64,000 nt of DNA, taken from positions 32,001-96,000 of the IMG/VR virus record IMGVR_UViG_3300023210_000013. The stretch is one strand, 5' to 3'. The stretch's first letter is position 1. Each line of letters opens with the position of its first letter. A program made the position numbers and the translations under genes. The notes beneath the pieces are model-generated. The model saw nothing but the letters and a program-made list of their open reading frames with translations. It was not told where the DNA came from and ran no database searches. This stretch comes from a virus. This document shows positions 1 to 11,900 of this stretch, in pieces.

Positions 1-1178
1 TTAATTCTTACACCTTCAGCATAAATTTCATTAAAAGCAAAACCAGCTTCCATTTTACCTTCACTCATTGCAAAGTTAATTGAACGCATGTCTCTGTAAA
101 AAGCTCCAAATCCTTTAGACATTTTAGCTACAGAAGTAATTCCATTTGCTGTATTTTCAGCAGACTTCATTGCTTTTATAGCAGCCATTGTTTCAGGTGC
201 AAAGACTGTTCCTGCTAATCTAAAAGGTGCAGCACCTGCAGCTCTTATTGCAGTAAATGCATCACGCGCAGATTCAACAGCTCTAATAGAATCTAATATT
301 GATCCACCAGCTTTAACAGCTTTAGTTACATCAAATAGATTACCCATTGTTTTAATACCTCTAACAAAATTTCTACCGGTACCTGCTAGAAATGCACCAA
401 TACCTGCAGGTGCTCCAACACCAGTTGAACTTAAAGCAGCAGAACCAGCAGCTAATGCTAATTCTTCAGCTGCAATAGAACCTAATATACCAAATGTATA
501 TCCTGTTTGTAAAAATAAATTTGCGGCACCTCCACCAAATCCACCTCTTGTACTACTACCCATTCTATTAGCTTCTGCAAACTCATAAGAAGATTGATAG
601 TCTGCATCCATCCAATAATTATCATCATCAAATAAATCTCCAATAGCTCTATAGCCAGACATAAAACCTGAGCCTAAACCATCTGACCAATAAGGTACTT
701 GTCTAGTAAAAAATTCTGCTGTAGCTGAACTATTTTGATTATAATATTTTTCATTATCCCTTAAAGGATTATAACCTAATTCATCAAATTTATAATGATC
801 TCTTACCCTGTCAAAACCTGAACTTTTAGCTCCTGAGATTAAAGGTTGTTCATACAAAGGTTCATTACTTACACCTTGCATGTAACTATTAGGATTATTA
901 AAAACTTTACTAAAATTATCAAAACTACTTTCAGGTGTATTTTTAATCCCCACATTAGAAGGAATTAAAAGATTTACTGTAGGTACAATATCTTGCATTG
1001 TGCGTTTGAATTCATCTGCAACTTGATCATCATAATCAGCAGGGAAATCAAACAACTCATCTATAGGTTGAAACTCAAAATTTTCAGGATTCCAAGTTTC
1101 AGAAATAGTTGTGTTGGGAGATACTTGGGTCTGAGCTGCTTCTGGAACAGTCAGGCCGTCTTGATTTTTTTGTTCCAT
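1..1178 (-). CDS. N-terminal part of a giant virion/cargo (ejected) protein, running off the window edge
   Basis: Not in the ORF track. Hand translation from ATG at 1178 (MEQKNQDGLTVPEAAQ...) is open to position 1. It contains a Gly/Ala-rich hydrophobic stretch (GILGSIAAEELALAAGSAALSSTGVGAPAGIGAFLAG) and lies directly downstream of the other cargo genes. Confidence 0.7.
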   Translation of the reverse strand, partial: MEQKNQDGLTVPEAAQTQVSPNTTISETWNPENFEFQPIDELFDFPADYDDQVADEFKRTMQDIVPTVNLLIPSNVGIKNTPESSFDNFSKVFNNPNSYMQGVSNEPLYEQPLISGAKSSGFDRVRDHYKFDELGYNPLRDNEKYYNQNSSATAEFFTRQVPYWSDGLGSGFMSGYRAIGDLFDDDNYWMDADYQSSYEFAEANRMGSSTRGGFGGGAANLFLQTGYTFGILGSIAAEELALAAGSAALSSTGVGAPAGIGAFLAGTGRNFVRGIKTMGNLFDVTKAVKAGGSILDSIRAVESARDAFTAIRAAGAAPFRLAGTVFAPETMAAIKAMKSAENTANGITSVAKMSKGFGAFYRDMRSINFAMSEGKMEAGFAFNEIYAEGVRI

Positions 1179-1182
1179 AATA

Positions 1183-4100
1183 TTACTTACCTTGAATAAT
1201 TGATGGTTTTATTCTTTTTTGTTCTTTCAAATTTTTTGCACTAAGATCAGCTAAAGACGCTCTATAGTTTGCTACTATTCTATCTACTTCATTAAGACCA
1301 GCAGGTTGCCCTTGCTCATTTCTAATTAGTTGAATAGGTTGCTGTCCCATTTTTTCAAATAGACCCGTTGTAGCATTAACACCTAACATCTCCATAGAAG
1401 AATAAAAAGCACCATCTTTATTGAATACTCTAAATGATCCTGCATTTTCTTTATACATGTCGTAAAGATAACTTTTATCTGGAGACATTTGAATTTTTTG
1501 ATTAACAGAAGAGAAATTATATTTGTCTAAGTTTAAATCTACTACAGCATCTGACTGTGGAAACATCATTGTTATTTCACTATACTTTTTAATTCCAGCA
1601 GCACTCTGAAGTCCAACTGGAGTTTTTGCTGCAGTTGATGCAAAGTCTTTTAAATACTGATCAGTATAAGTAACTTTCATTCCTGACATTATTGTACCAT
1701 CTTCTAAAGTTTTTACTACAGGTCTCATTTCAATACCCATAGAAAACTTTTTACTAGCAGCTGCTTTAGGATCTAATAAATATCCTCTAATATCTCTTAA
1801 ACTTTCACCTAGTATTTGATTAGCAGTTACATCATTTGTCCCATCTAATTCTTCATCTGATAATCCAGATGGAGTAATTATTTTTTCTCCTGGAGCATTA
1901 AATTGATCCACTAAGTTTTTAAGATCTGTATATACTTCTGGATTAACAGCTATAGAATTTATACTAAATGTACTTTTTGTACCACCATATGTATATAAAT
2001 TTGAAGCATTCATATCATCTAGTTGAACACCTCTAAAATAAGCATCAGCAGATAGTGGTTGAAATAATTTATTTTCAGGATCTAATCCTTGTGCATTATA
2101 TGATTCATTTAAAGTAGAATTTAAAACTTGTCTTTGTTGTGCATAATATTTTTTAGCATCTTCTCTAGCTTCATTTTCTACAAATATTGTATCACCCCAC
2201 ACATACTCATCAATTTTTTCATCCATATAATCTGCAATTCCAGGGAATATTGTAGCAGCCTGATATGTGTTATTACCTTTATCATCTCTTCTTCCTCTAC
2301 CTTCTATATAATCCGCATCTTTAATTGAACCTTTTTTGGCTTTTGCTATATAGCGTTCAATAAATTCTTCTTCTTCTAAGACTGTTCCATTATTAACAAT
2401 TTCAGGTACTCCAGCATCTGTAGCAGCTTTAGTGCTAAGACTAGATATTGTTTTAGAAGCATCCCAATTCTTTTGAATAGTTTCTTTACTTACTTTATCC
2501 CAATGTAATAATTGATCAGTTTCTCCTGCTATTCTATCACTAAGTTGAACTAAACTGTTATAACCAGGTGATGTTAAAACTCCAGGATTTGTTTTATTAA
2601 GTTCAGTTAATTCACCAAAACTTTTCTTGTAAAGATTTTCTAGTTCTGCAGCGTTCTCAGGTTTATTAAGTAATTTTGTAATTTGTTTTATATTACCTGT
2701 TTCTGTTTTACCGTTTATCTCAATACTAATAATACCTGTCTGCTGTGCAACAGGTAAATCAGATTGTTTCAATTCAAATAAAGACGTAATAAATTCTGGC
2801 TTCTTTGCATTTACAGAAGCTTCTTTTTTGCGTAAGTCTTCTGCATTTCTTGCTAATGGATCTTCTATCTCTTCTGTGCTTTCAGCAATTGTAGAACCTC
2901 CATCAGGTCCTGTCACTCCATCAAATATAGAAGCAGCAACAAAAGCAGGATTAATTATTTCACCTTTTTTATTTACGTTACCTTCTATTTTTCCTTTTAG
3001 TATAAGTTCATTTCTTCTATTAGAACTTGCATTGTTATCTCTAGCTAAATTATACTGATGTTGTATTTGCATTTTGGTATAAGGATTCTCCATTGATATA
3101 GTTTGAGAATAATCTCTTTTACTATATGATGTAGCCGCTCCTAAAATGTCACTGCTTAGATTATAATTCATAAGCATGTTGTAAGCAAAGTTTAGTGCAT
3201 CAGTATTTTCATCTGCTTCACCCATTCTTTGCAAGTCTCCTTCATTTCTTTTTAGTGCTTCATCTGAAGTTTCAAAAGCCTCAAAAGCTTCAAGCATTGC
3301 TTTATGCTCATCACTATCAGGTATAATACCTTCTTCCTTTTCATAACGTTCCCAATTTTGTTTAGCTTGTAAAGCTTTTTCAAATTGATTTCTAAGAATA
3401 GGATTTGCTTTTTCATTTCTAGCTCTTAAATCTTCTAAAGTACTTTGAGCCCAAGCGTTCTTTCCTTCTCCAATACTGCTGTATTGTCCATTTTTAAAAC
3501 CAATTTCTGCATGATTTCTTGCAGAAACAAAACCGCTTGTTCTATAAGCATCAATAACTTTAGGATCTTCCATTAAGGTTTTCATCAAAAAGTTATAAGC
3601 ACCAGGTACTTGAAGAGAACCATTCTTTTGTCTTATGATAAAAGGATCACCTTTCTTAACTGGTAAATCCATTTCAACATCTTCAAAACCAGCATCCTTT
3701 AGAATCTTCATTGACATAGTTTCTAAGTCTACATTCTCTACATAAGTAGGTAAACCTGCTTTTAAAGCATCATCTCTATTGTCATTTTTGAAATCTTCCA
3801 TTTGGTAATTCATTGCCTGAATACCTGTGGCCCAATATTTTTTTCTTTCTTCAGCACTAGCAGATGCTTTTAAAGAACCTGCTAATTGCATATTTCTTTT
3901 ATACTGAGAGGTAAAAACCAAATCTTTAACTATCAAGTCATCCTCATAAAAAGGTTTGAATAAGGATTGAGCAGAGTCAACATTTTGACGTATGGATAAA
4001 TCCATTCCTGATAGCTTCTCTATTCTAGGGATTAGTTGTTCAGTATATTGATTTCTTGCATCTATTGTGTCTTCTCTTGACATATCTGCATAAACAACTT

Positions 4101-4245
4101 TACTGTATTGATCACTCAACTGTTTATAGTTAGTGTCAAAACGGTCTTGTCTGGTGTCTAAAACAGCAGACATGAATTTATAATCCGGAGTAAACGGTGT
4201 TGTTTCTCTTTCATATCTTTGATATCCTGGTACGTATGTTGCCAT
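1183..4245 (-). CDS. Large putative cargo/internal virion protein (1020 aa)
   Basis: Long ORF with helical composition, located in the crAss-type cargo block after the muzzle gene. No catalytic motif recognised. Confidence 0.55.
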   Translation of the reverse strand: MATYVPGYQRYERETTPFTPDYKFMSAVLDTRQDRFDTNYKQLSDQYSKVVYADMSREDTIDARNQYTEQLIPRIEKLSGMDLSIRQNVDSAQSLFKPFYEDDLIVKDLVFTSQYKRNMQLAGSLKASASAEERKKYWATGIQAMNYQMEDFKNDNRDDALKAGLPTYVENVDLETMSMKILKDAGFEDVEMDLPVKKGDPFIIRQKNGSLQVPGAYNFLMKTLMEDPKVIDAYRTSGFVSARNHAEIGFKNGQYSSIGEGKNAWAQSTLEDLRARNEKANPILRNQFEKALQAKQNWERYEKEEGIIPDSDEHKAMLEAFEAFETSDEALKRNEGDLQRMGEADENTDALNFAYNMLMNYNLSSDILGAATSYSKRDYSQTISMENPYTKMQIQHQYNLARDNNASSNRRNELILKGKIEGNVNKKGEIINPAFVAASIFDGVTGPDGGSTIAESTEEIEDPLARNAEDLRKKEASVNAKKPEFITSLFELKQSDLPVAQQTGIISIEINGKTETGNIKQITKLLNKPENAAELENLYKKSFGELTELNKTNPGVLTSPGYNSLVQLSDRIAGETDQLLHWDKVSKETIQKNWDASKTISSLSTKAATDAGVPEIVNNGTVLEEEEFIERYIAKAKKGSIKDADYIEGRGRRDDKGNNTYQAATIFPGIADYMDEKIDEYVWGDTIFVENEAREDAKKYYAQQRQVLNSTLNESYNAQGLDPENKLFQPLSADAYFRGVQLDDMNASNLYTYGGTKSTFSINSIAVNPEVYTDLKNLVDQFNAPGEKIITPSGLSDEELDGTNDVTANQILGESLRDIRGYLLDPKAAASKKFSMGIEMRPVVKTLEDGTIMSGMKVTYTDQYLKDFASTAAKTPVGLQSAAGIKKYSEITMMFPQSDAVVDLNLDKYNFSSVNQKIQMSPDKSYLYDMYKENAGSFRVFNKDGAFYSSMEMLGVNATTGLFEKMGQQPIQLIRNEQGQPAGLNEVDRIVANYRASLADLSAKNLKEQKRIKPSIIQGK

Positions 4246-4304
4246 AATACTAAATTACTAAAATTTATTAAGTTTTAAAAACTTTATTTATACACTTTTT
4301 AGGT

Positions 4305-6878
4305 TTAATAACCTATCTTACCTAGATAAAATGGGAGAAACTTTTTAACTTCCTTACCTTTTTTTGCTGTTGGGTATCCACTACTAGGTGAATGTTGACT
4401 TCTCATTTGTCTTAATTGATCAGCATAAGGGTCCGCTCCGTAACCTTGTGGTGTTGAAGCTGTTGCATTTTTACCATATGTTTTTCCTAATATTGTATTT
4501 ATTGTAGTGCCATCTAAACCTTTAGCTTTTAAATCTAAAGCTCTTGATGTCATTTCATCATAAGGAGTTAACTTATTACCAGACTGTTTGTTAGCTGCTA
4601 AAGGCGGTGCTCCATTATTCCATTCTATTGCTCCAGCTTGTGTTGGATCAACATTATAATAAGGATACAATGTATTCATACTATATGTGTTAGCCATATT
4701 AGTATAAGCATTAGCTGTTAAATCAGCCATCTGCTCTCTATCTAGATTTTTCTCATCCATGAAATTCTGCTGAGTTAATTGAGTAGCATCATATTGAGAT
4801 ACACTTCTATCTCTTTGTTCTCTTTTTGCAGCTGCTCCTAACTGAGAATTCATTGCTAAACCTTGATTTACAGTATTGATATTTCTACCATGTGTTCCTG
4901 CAAATACGTTTGCGTTTTGTTTAAATGCATTAGCTCTACTTTGCGCTAATCTAGCATTCATACTTTGAGGTCCTGCAAATGCACCAATAGCTTGTGATGC
5001 AATATTTAACTGCTCATTAGTATCAGCCAATTGTCTTGTAGGTTCTTCAAGTACATAATCTACTTTAGGAATTTCAACTTGAGGTTGCCAAGGCAAAAAC
5101 ATTTCTCTATCTCTCATAGCAAGAGCACCCATTTTTAATAGGTCTTGAGTATAAAATGATTTGTCTGGATCTTCATACTTATATTCAGGATCACCTGGTT
5201 TAATTTCTATTTTAGGATCCGGTTCTTTTTCTACTGCTGGTTTAGCCGTTCTACCTAATGGTCTCCTTGAGGAAGTAAATGTTCCAAAATCACCATCATA
5301 ACCTTTTCCTTTTTTGTTTGGATCAAATCCATAATCTTTATTAAGACTGGCAGTTAAAGTACTTTCCATTTCAGGAGTCCATTCTTTACCTTCTTCTTCA
5401 AACGTTGCTTTAATTCTTTGTACTTCTTCTGGTATATATGTATCATTTATCCAATGTTGGAATTTTTCTACATCTGGATTTGTACCATCTGCTTTTTGAG
5501 AAGATATAGACGTTTTTAAACTTTCTATATCTGGATATTTATCTTTCCAAGCTTCAAAGAAACCTTCTTGATTTTCAGCAGCATCTCCATAAAGACCACT
5601 TCCTTTTGTATAGCCTTGTCTATCTTTAAAATTTGTTTCACCTACACCTATGCTATTAACATCAATACCTAATTTTTCATAGTATGCAATAACTTTAGGA
5701 TCCCATGCTACATTAGTCTTTCCTGATGACTTTTTCTTTTTAGGAGTAGTAACAGGATCCTTTTTAGTAACGGCTGTTTCTTCAGCAATAACTTCTTCTG
5801 CGGTAGTTGAATTAGATGAACTAGGTGTATATTGTTTTTCAACACTTAATAATGCATCAGCTAAACCATTTGGTCCACCTGCATTAAAAGCATCTTCTAA
5901 CTTTTTCTTTAAAGCATTTCTTGTTTCCTCATTTAAAACAGCAGGTGTTACTTTGTCAAGCATAGATTCAAAGTCCATTGGGCTTGTTCCAGCTCCTGAT
6001 AATGGTGGGAATGTAGGTACACCATACTGTGCTTGTGGTAACATTTCTGTACCATATTGAGCCATTGCCATTTCTTGAGGCATCTGCTGAGGCATCTGTT
6101 GTTGCATACCACCTTGACCACTTTGCTCCATCATGTCTCTTAGAGCCATTATCTGTGCTTGTTGTTCTGGAGGTAATGCACTTATTGCTTTTAATGTAGC
6201 CTGTTGTTTATTTATGTTTTCAACTTTTGCTGTAAACTCAACAGGATCTTGACCTTGAGAAACTAAATAAGGGTATGCCGCTAAAGGCACCCCATCTGAA
6301 AATTGTTTTTTAGCTTCTTGTCCAAATGCAAGTTTAGATAAACTTTTCATATTTTTATCTATCATTAAGTCTGCACTATTTGCTTTTATAGAATCTACAT
6401 CAGGGCTAGCCAATGCTCCTATAAATTCATTTAATTGATATTTTTTAGAAATTTTTGCAGGAGTCATTGCTTTTTTAGATTCAATACCAAACTCAGCCAA
6501 TTCATTTTTTTTGAATTTCATTTTTTGAGTATCTGAAAATATAAAAGACTGTTCAGGCAAAAACATTGGGACACCACCACTACTGTGTCTAGGCCCATTA
6601 ATATTATAAAGACCAAACTGACCATCATCATTTAAATCAGTAAGAACAGTTTCCCCTCCTTCTGCTTCTAAATTAGCCATATCTCTAGGTACAGAAGTTA
6701 ATGAATATTTCATATCACCTTCTGTAAAAGAATTAGATGACTCCATAGAAGAACCACCTGTAGCTAAACCATAATCAAATTGACTTCCAGTCATACCACC
6801 TTGTTGCATTTCTTTTACAACTTTACCATCTTTAATTTTAAAGCCTTTTGGTAGTTTGTTTATTTTAATCTTTGCCAT
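4305..6878 (-). CDS. Putative cargo protein (crAss cargo protein 1-like, 857 aa)
   Basis: LEAEGGETV and GPRHSSGGV motifs resemble crAss-like cargo proteins. Has a Q/M-rich linker and repeated AQYG/QQGG motifs. Confidence 0.6.
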   Translation of the reverse strand: MAKIKINKLPKGFKIKDGKVVKEMQQGGMTGSQFDYGLATGGSSMESSNSFTEGDMKYSLTSVPRDMANLEAEGGETVLTDLNDDGQFGLYNINGPRHSSGGVPMFLPEQSFIFSDTQKMKFKKNELAEFGIESKKAMTPAKISKKYQLNEFIGALASPDVDSIKANSADLMIDKNMKSLSKLAFGQEAKKQFSDGVPLAAYPYLVSQGQDPVEFTAKVENINKQQATLKAISALPPEQQAQIMALRDMMEQSGQGGMQQQMPQQMPQEMAMAQYGTEMLPQAQYGVPTFPPLSGAGTSPMDFESMLDKVTPAVLNEETRNALKKKLEDAFNAGGPNGLADALLSVEKQYTPSSSNSTTAEEVIAEETAVTKKDPVTTPKKKKSSGKTNVAWDPKVIAYYEKLGIDVNSIGVGETNFKDRQGYTKGSGLYGDAAENQEGFFEAWKDKYPDIESLKTSISSQKADGTNPDVEKFQHWINDTYIPEEVQRIKATFEEEGKEWTPEMESTLTASLNKDYGFDPNKKGKGYDGDFGTFTSSRRPLGRTAKPAVEKEPDPKIEIKPGDPEYKYEDPDKSFYTQDLLKMGALAMRDREMFLPWQPQVEIPKVDYVLEEPTRQLADTNEQLNIASQAIGAFAGPQSMNARLAQSRANAFKQNANVFAGTHGRNINTVNQGLAMNSQLGAAAKREQRDRSVSQYDATQLTQQNFMDEKNLDREQMADLTANAYTNMANTYSMNTLYPYYNVDPTQAGAIEWNNGAPPLAANKQSGNKLTPYDEMTSRALDLKAKGLDGTTINTILGKTYGKNATASTPQGYGADPYADQLRQMRSQHSPSSGYPTAKKGKEVKKFLPFYLGKIGY

Positions 6879-6880
6879 AA

Positions 6881-8968
6881 TTATAACATTTCTATATCAG
6901 CACCTGCTGCTATTAATGCAGCTAGTGTATCATTATCAACTTCTATTTCTCCACCTGTTTGCATTTCATCTTGATGTATGAAACCCATCTTAGACATTCT
7001 TTCATGGTCACCAGGTTTATTTGCTTTATAACCTTTTCCTGTTTTAGGATCAAACATCATGTGTGGTTCAAACCCACCGCCAGCTTTATATATTTCTCTC
7101 CCATACTTTGAATAATAATCAACTAGATTATTTTGTTCTTGTAAGCCACTGTTTACATCAAAGTTTCCTTGAGCATTAGGTACGTCTGTTACAGCATAAA
7201 CTTTATCTGCGTTTGTTTGACCTCTTAGATCATCTAGTTGATCAGTAGGATCTGTAAATGCAGTTAATAAATTAGCACCCATTACAAGACCTTTGCTTAT
7301 ATCACCTACAGCATTCATAACAGGACTATCTTTAATAAACGTTTCTGCTTGATCTATTGCATTACCTACAGATCTTTTTCTTTTAACAGTAGGTTGTGCG
7401 CTTGTATTATCTGCAGCTGGTTCATCTGCAGCTGTTAATGGAGTATTAACCTGTAGTGGGTTAGCAACACTTTGTTGTAACTGAGAATCTTTTACTGCTT
7501 GAGTATCTCTATTATAATCTGTTTTTAAGGCACTTTGTAAAAAGTCACCCATGCTATTAGGTATCTGAAAATTTTGTTGCTCTTGCTGTAAAGGAGTTGG
7601 TCCCATTGGGCCTACTGGAACATCTTGTTTGTTACCATACATCCAATCAGGTATGTTAAATTGAGCTTTAGGTAATGGTGTACCACCATATCTAAACTCA
7701 GCATTGTCATACATAAGCATTAAGTCATTTTGACTTTTACCTTGAAGCATAGGACTTGTTGAATTTTTAACGTACCATTCTTTAAAGCTTGGTTGATCTG
7801 CAACAGGAGATTTACTAGAATTTGGCACCGCCATCATACTTGGCTGATTTGCAGCAGCTGTAGTTAATGGAGCATCTGTTGAGCCTTTATATACATATGG
7901 AGAAAAACCAGGAGCTTTTTGAGCACCTCGTTGTCCTGTTACCATATCTCTATATCTACCTCTGTGTTTAGCTTTTTCTTCTTCTGTTAGATTTTCTAAA
8001 GATTTTGATATTGGATTACCGTTATCATCATAACTAAGAACTACGTCTTTACCGTATACACCACTTTCATTTTTTAAAGCATTAGCAACCATAAATGCAT
8101 TATCCTCACCATATTCTTTTATACCAGAAGTAATGTCTGCAATTGTCTGACCGTGTTGTAATCTTTGATTTTTAGGTATAGCATCAAGTTCTAATTGACT
8201 AAAAGCCATGTTGCCTGTAAACTTATTAAGTTCTGGATTAAAATCAAACTCTGAATACTTAAATAAATCTGCTGCTTTTTCTTGACGTGTTTTTACTACA
8301 CCATCATTTAAATCTTCTAAAGTTACAGCATAATTTGCTTTATCATTATCACCAAAATCTACTTCATAAGATTTATTACCAAGTTGTTTTTGTTTATATC
8401 TAGCTTGTTTACCATCCCAATCACTAAAAGTATTTTCCATTTCACCAACAAAATCATTTAGCATATATGCTGCATTAATTAAGCTGTTCTTTTTTGGATA
8501 CGGTGTTGAGTATATAGGTCTATAACCTTGATTAGGTTGTCTATCTATAGGCCCTCTAGCAGTAGTTTCAAAACCAACATTTGCTTGAGGTACTTCAACA
8601 TTGTCAAGTTGTTCTAGAAGTTCTGCTTGTGGATCAGCAGACTGACCTTCAGCTACATTACCTGGCATTTGTCCAGGCTGTTCCGCTTGCATAGACTGTT
8701 CTTGTGCTGCTTTTATTTGTTCAGCACCTAACAGTAAATCTGCAAATTTAGATGGATCATAACCTGCTTCTTCAAAGACAATGTTTAATTGATCTGGCTC
8801 TATACCTTCTTGCAAGTAAGATGCAAGAATTTGTGCAGGCTCTTCACCAGCTTCAATACGTTGTTGTACTTCTGCTGAAAGTTCTTGCAAAGGAACGTCA
8901 TTAACTGTTTTATTTACAGCTCCACCTTCCTGGTATAAACTTATTTTATTTAGTTCTTTTTCCATCAT
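6881..8968 (-). CDS. Putative cargo/internal virion protein (695 aa)
   Basis: Low-complexity and Q-rich, with repeated QEGG/RYGG/KAGG/QTGG motifs. Lies in the cargo block. Confidence 0.55.
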   Translation of the reverse strand: MMEKELNKISLYQEGGAVNKTVNDVPLQELSAEVQQRIEAGEEPAQILASYLQEGIEPDQLNIVFEEAGYDPSKFADLLLGAEQIKAAQEQSMQAEQPGQMPGNVAEGQSADPQAELLEQLDNVEVPQANVGFETTARGPIDRQPNQGYRPIYSTPYPKKNSLINAAYMLNDFVGEMENTFSDWDGKQARYKQKQLGNKSYEVDFGDNDKANYAVTLEDLNDGVVKTRQEKAADLFKYSEFDFNPELNKFTGNMAFSQLELDAIPKNQRLQHGQTIADITSGIKEYGEDNAFMVANALKNESGVYGKDVVLSYDDNGNPISKSLENLTEEEKAKHRGRYRDMVTGQRGAQKAPGFSPYVYKGSTDAPLTTAAANQPSMMAVPNSSKSPVADQPSFKEWYVKNSTSPMLQGKSQNDLMLMYDNAEFRYGGTPLPKAQFNIPDWMYGNKQDVPVGPMGPTPLQQEQQNFQIPNSMGDFLQSALKTDYNRDTQAVKDSQLQQSVANPLQVNTPLTAADEPAADNTSAQPTVKRKRSVGNAIDQAETFIKDSPVMNAVGDISKGLVMGANLLTAFTDPTDQLDDLRGQTNADKVYAVTDVPNAQGNFDVNSGLQEQNNLVDYYSKYGREIYKAGGGFEPHMMFDPKTGKGYKANKPGDHERMSKMGFIHQDEMQTGGEIEVDNDTLAALIAAGADIEML

Positions 8969-8992
8969 ATCATACTATTAATATACAAATAA

Positions 8993-11900
8993 TTAAGCGG
9001 TTTCCCTAATAATATTGCTCATTATATAGTTGGGAGAAGTTGTCCCACCTAGCCTTGCTTTCCTAAGATAAACTCTATTAAGTTTATCATATACTTTTTG
9101 AGCTTGTTTTTGCATGTTTGTATTATCATACATGCCTTTCATATAATTCTTATACATTGTTAATTCATTCACTTTACTTTTAGGCTCTCCTCCATGTGCC
9201 ATAGTTGATGGCTCAAAGTCATTAGCGGGTGTTTCCACATAAGCATAATTTTCAGGAAATAAATCTGTTCTGTATTTATTTACTTTTTTAATATAGGAAT
9301 CAGACGGTCTTACAGATCCAGGCATTCCTGTTGGTAGCACTTGACCCACTTTAAAAGCAGCATCACCTATAATAGGTAAATGTTTATAATTAGTTGAATT
9401 AATATCTAATAGTGTAGCATCATATAATTCTCTTAAAGCTTGAACTTCAGTTTCAGCATTTCTTGAATCAGCAACTCTACCTGTTTTTAAAAGTCTATTT
9501 GTTCCTTGATTATAAGCTAGAATTGACATGTTTCTAATATCTTCTTCTGCTAAATTTAATTCAGGGTAAGTGTTTGAATAATCTTTAAACGTTTCATAAT
9601 TTTTTGTAATCAAATAAGTTATTGCGTCAATTGCTTTATCATCTGACTTTCCTAAATCATCAGCACTATTAATTTGAAAATAACTCTTTGCAAAATTATC
9701 TAATGCCGTAAGTTTAGTTTTACCTATTCCTAATGAAACGTCTTTAGGTTTATAACCTTTGTAATCATAGACCATATTTTTAACATACCCCGCATCTTCC
9801 TTACTTCTTGGAACAGATGCACCTACCCCGGTTTCTGCACCAGTTATACCAACTATTGTTGACTCTAACCATTTAGGGTCTACAGAAGAATTTAATATTT
9901 CTGGTATTTTAGTTGAATTATATTTAGCTCTTTTAAATACATTTTCAAGTTGTGTAAGTCTTTCTCCTTCGTAATCACCTGATTGATATCTTAAAGATAA
10001 ATTTCTTATTGTAGATGGATCAATTTCAATATCTTCAATACCATCAACATTATAAGTTGAATTAACTTTAATATCTTCTTTAGGTCTTCTTATCCATCCA
10101 GTAACTAATTCATCATATGGTTGTTGTAAAACTGTACCATTTACATTATGTGTAATAATTGGAACACCATCAATAACATCTGATACAAATCCAGTATGTG
10201 TATTGTGTGTTTTTGAGTTTAATGTTTCTTCATGATGACTTGAACCATCCCAATATAATCCAACAATATCACCTGTTTTGTAATCACTTGCTTTTGTTTG
10301 TTTTTTTCTTTTTACTTCTTTTGTTATTCTTTTTATATCTTCTGCGGACGTAGCATTATCAAATGCTTTGTCATCATATATATTAAAAACAGATTTACTA
10401 TTTTCAACATCATTCATGTTTTCAAATATGTCCCATGCATTTTTATACTTAATACCTAAAGACTCTGTCATAACATTATTACCTTCCAATATACTACACA
10501 TTCCGGCAGCACATCTTCCATCTTTTAGTTTACTAGGTATAAAGTCAAACACTAAAGCATTTGGATCTTCTTCAGTTTTTTTTGTGTTATAAGCTTGTAA
10601 AGCTTCTTTTGTTTGTTGACCAAACTTACCATCTATACTTGAACCTTCTTTATTAAGTAGTGTAGCAGACATAAATCCTTTATCAACAAGGTCTTGTTGA
10701 ATCCTTAATACTTCTTCTTTATTATCAGGATTGTAATTTTTATAATATTTTGATATTGCTGATGGTGCTAAATTTACATCATCTATCATAGATTTGTGAG
10801 CGGCAAATGTTTTTGCTCCATAATCTCCATCTGCTCCAGTTGCTCCTATATCATATCCTTTACTTAATAAATCTTTTTGTAAAGTTTCAACTTCAGAAGG
10901 AGAAGCATTTGTCATATCTTTCCAACCTCTTGCATAATCATTTGAGCTCTTAGTAAAATCAGAAACTAAATTAGGTCTTTTATATTTTGATTTTTCTAAT
11001 CTACTTTCTTTGTCCAAATCAGCTATTACGCTGTTATACTCTTCTGGGCTAAGTGGCTCATTAAGATTTCCATCTTTTATAAAAGGTAATTGCTTCTGAG
11101 TTATAGCAGTATTATCTCTTACTACTGTTGTGTCTAACATTTGATTGTTTACATAATCAGCACCTGCTTGTTTTAAAAATTCTTGTAATTTTGAAGCTGG
11201 CTCAAATTCTGGTTTACCAAGATTTGGTATCACACGTCTAGTGGCAACTCTTGTATTATCTTGAACTGCGGTTCTCCATTCTCCATTACCATATTGAAAT
11301 GATTTATAGCCATTCTTAATACCTTCTTTTTCTGCTGCTTTTTTACTTTCTAAAAAACTAGCACGGTCACCTTCAGCTTCTACATTTTTATGACCCTGTA
11401 ACCAAAGATCTACAGGAGATAAATTACCATTTGTAAAATCAGATAACTTAGCTTTTGACTCTATTAAATTTGCAAAAAACAATGCGTATTGATCTTCTGA
11501 TGACAACTGATCAGCTGATGTAGCATTTACAATACTATCTTTTATAGTATATCCTTTTGCATCTGCAACATTTTTATATCTTTTTAATGCTGTATTAAAT
11601 GATTCACCTTCAAATTGAAATAACCCTCTACCAGGCCCACCTTGATACTGTTTAGCTTTTGGATCCATTCTTGACCACGGACTTGATTCATGAAATGCAA
11701 TTGTATCTGCTAATTGTCCCCATGTATCTTTTGTTCCACCTCTGGTTTCTACTATATAGTTTGATATATTATTATAATCTAATATTTTAGAATTATCAAC
11801 TTTGTCTTCTCCATTACCATCTTGTGCTTTTGGTATACCTCCATACTTTAATTTGCTTTTTAAAACTTGTTTGCTCATGTCCCAACCAGATTCTATTTCA

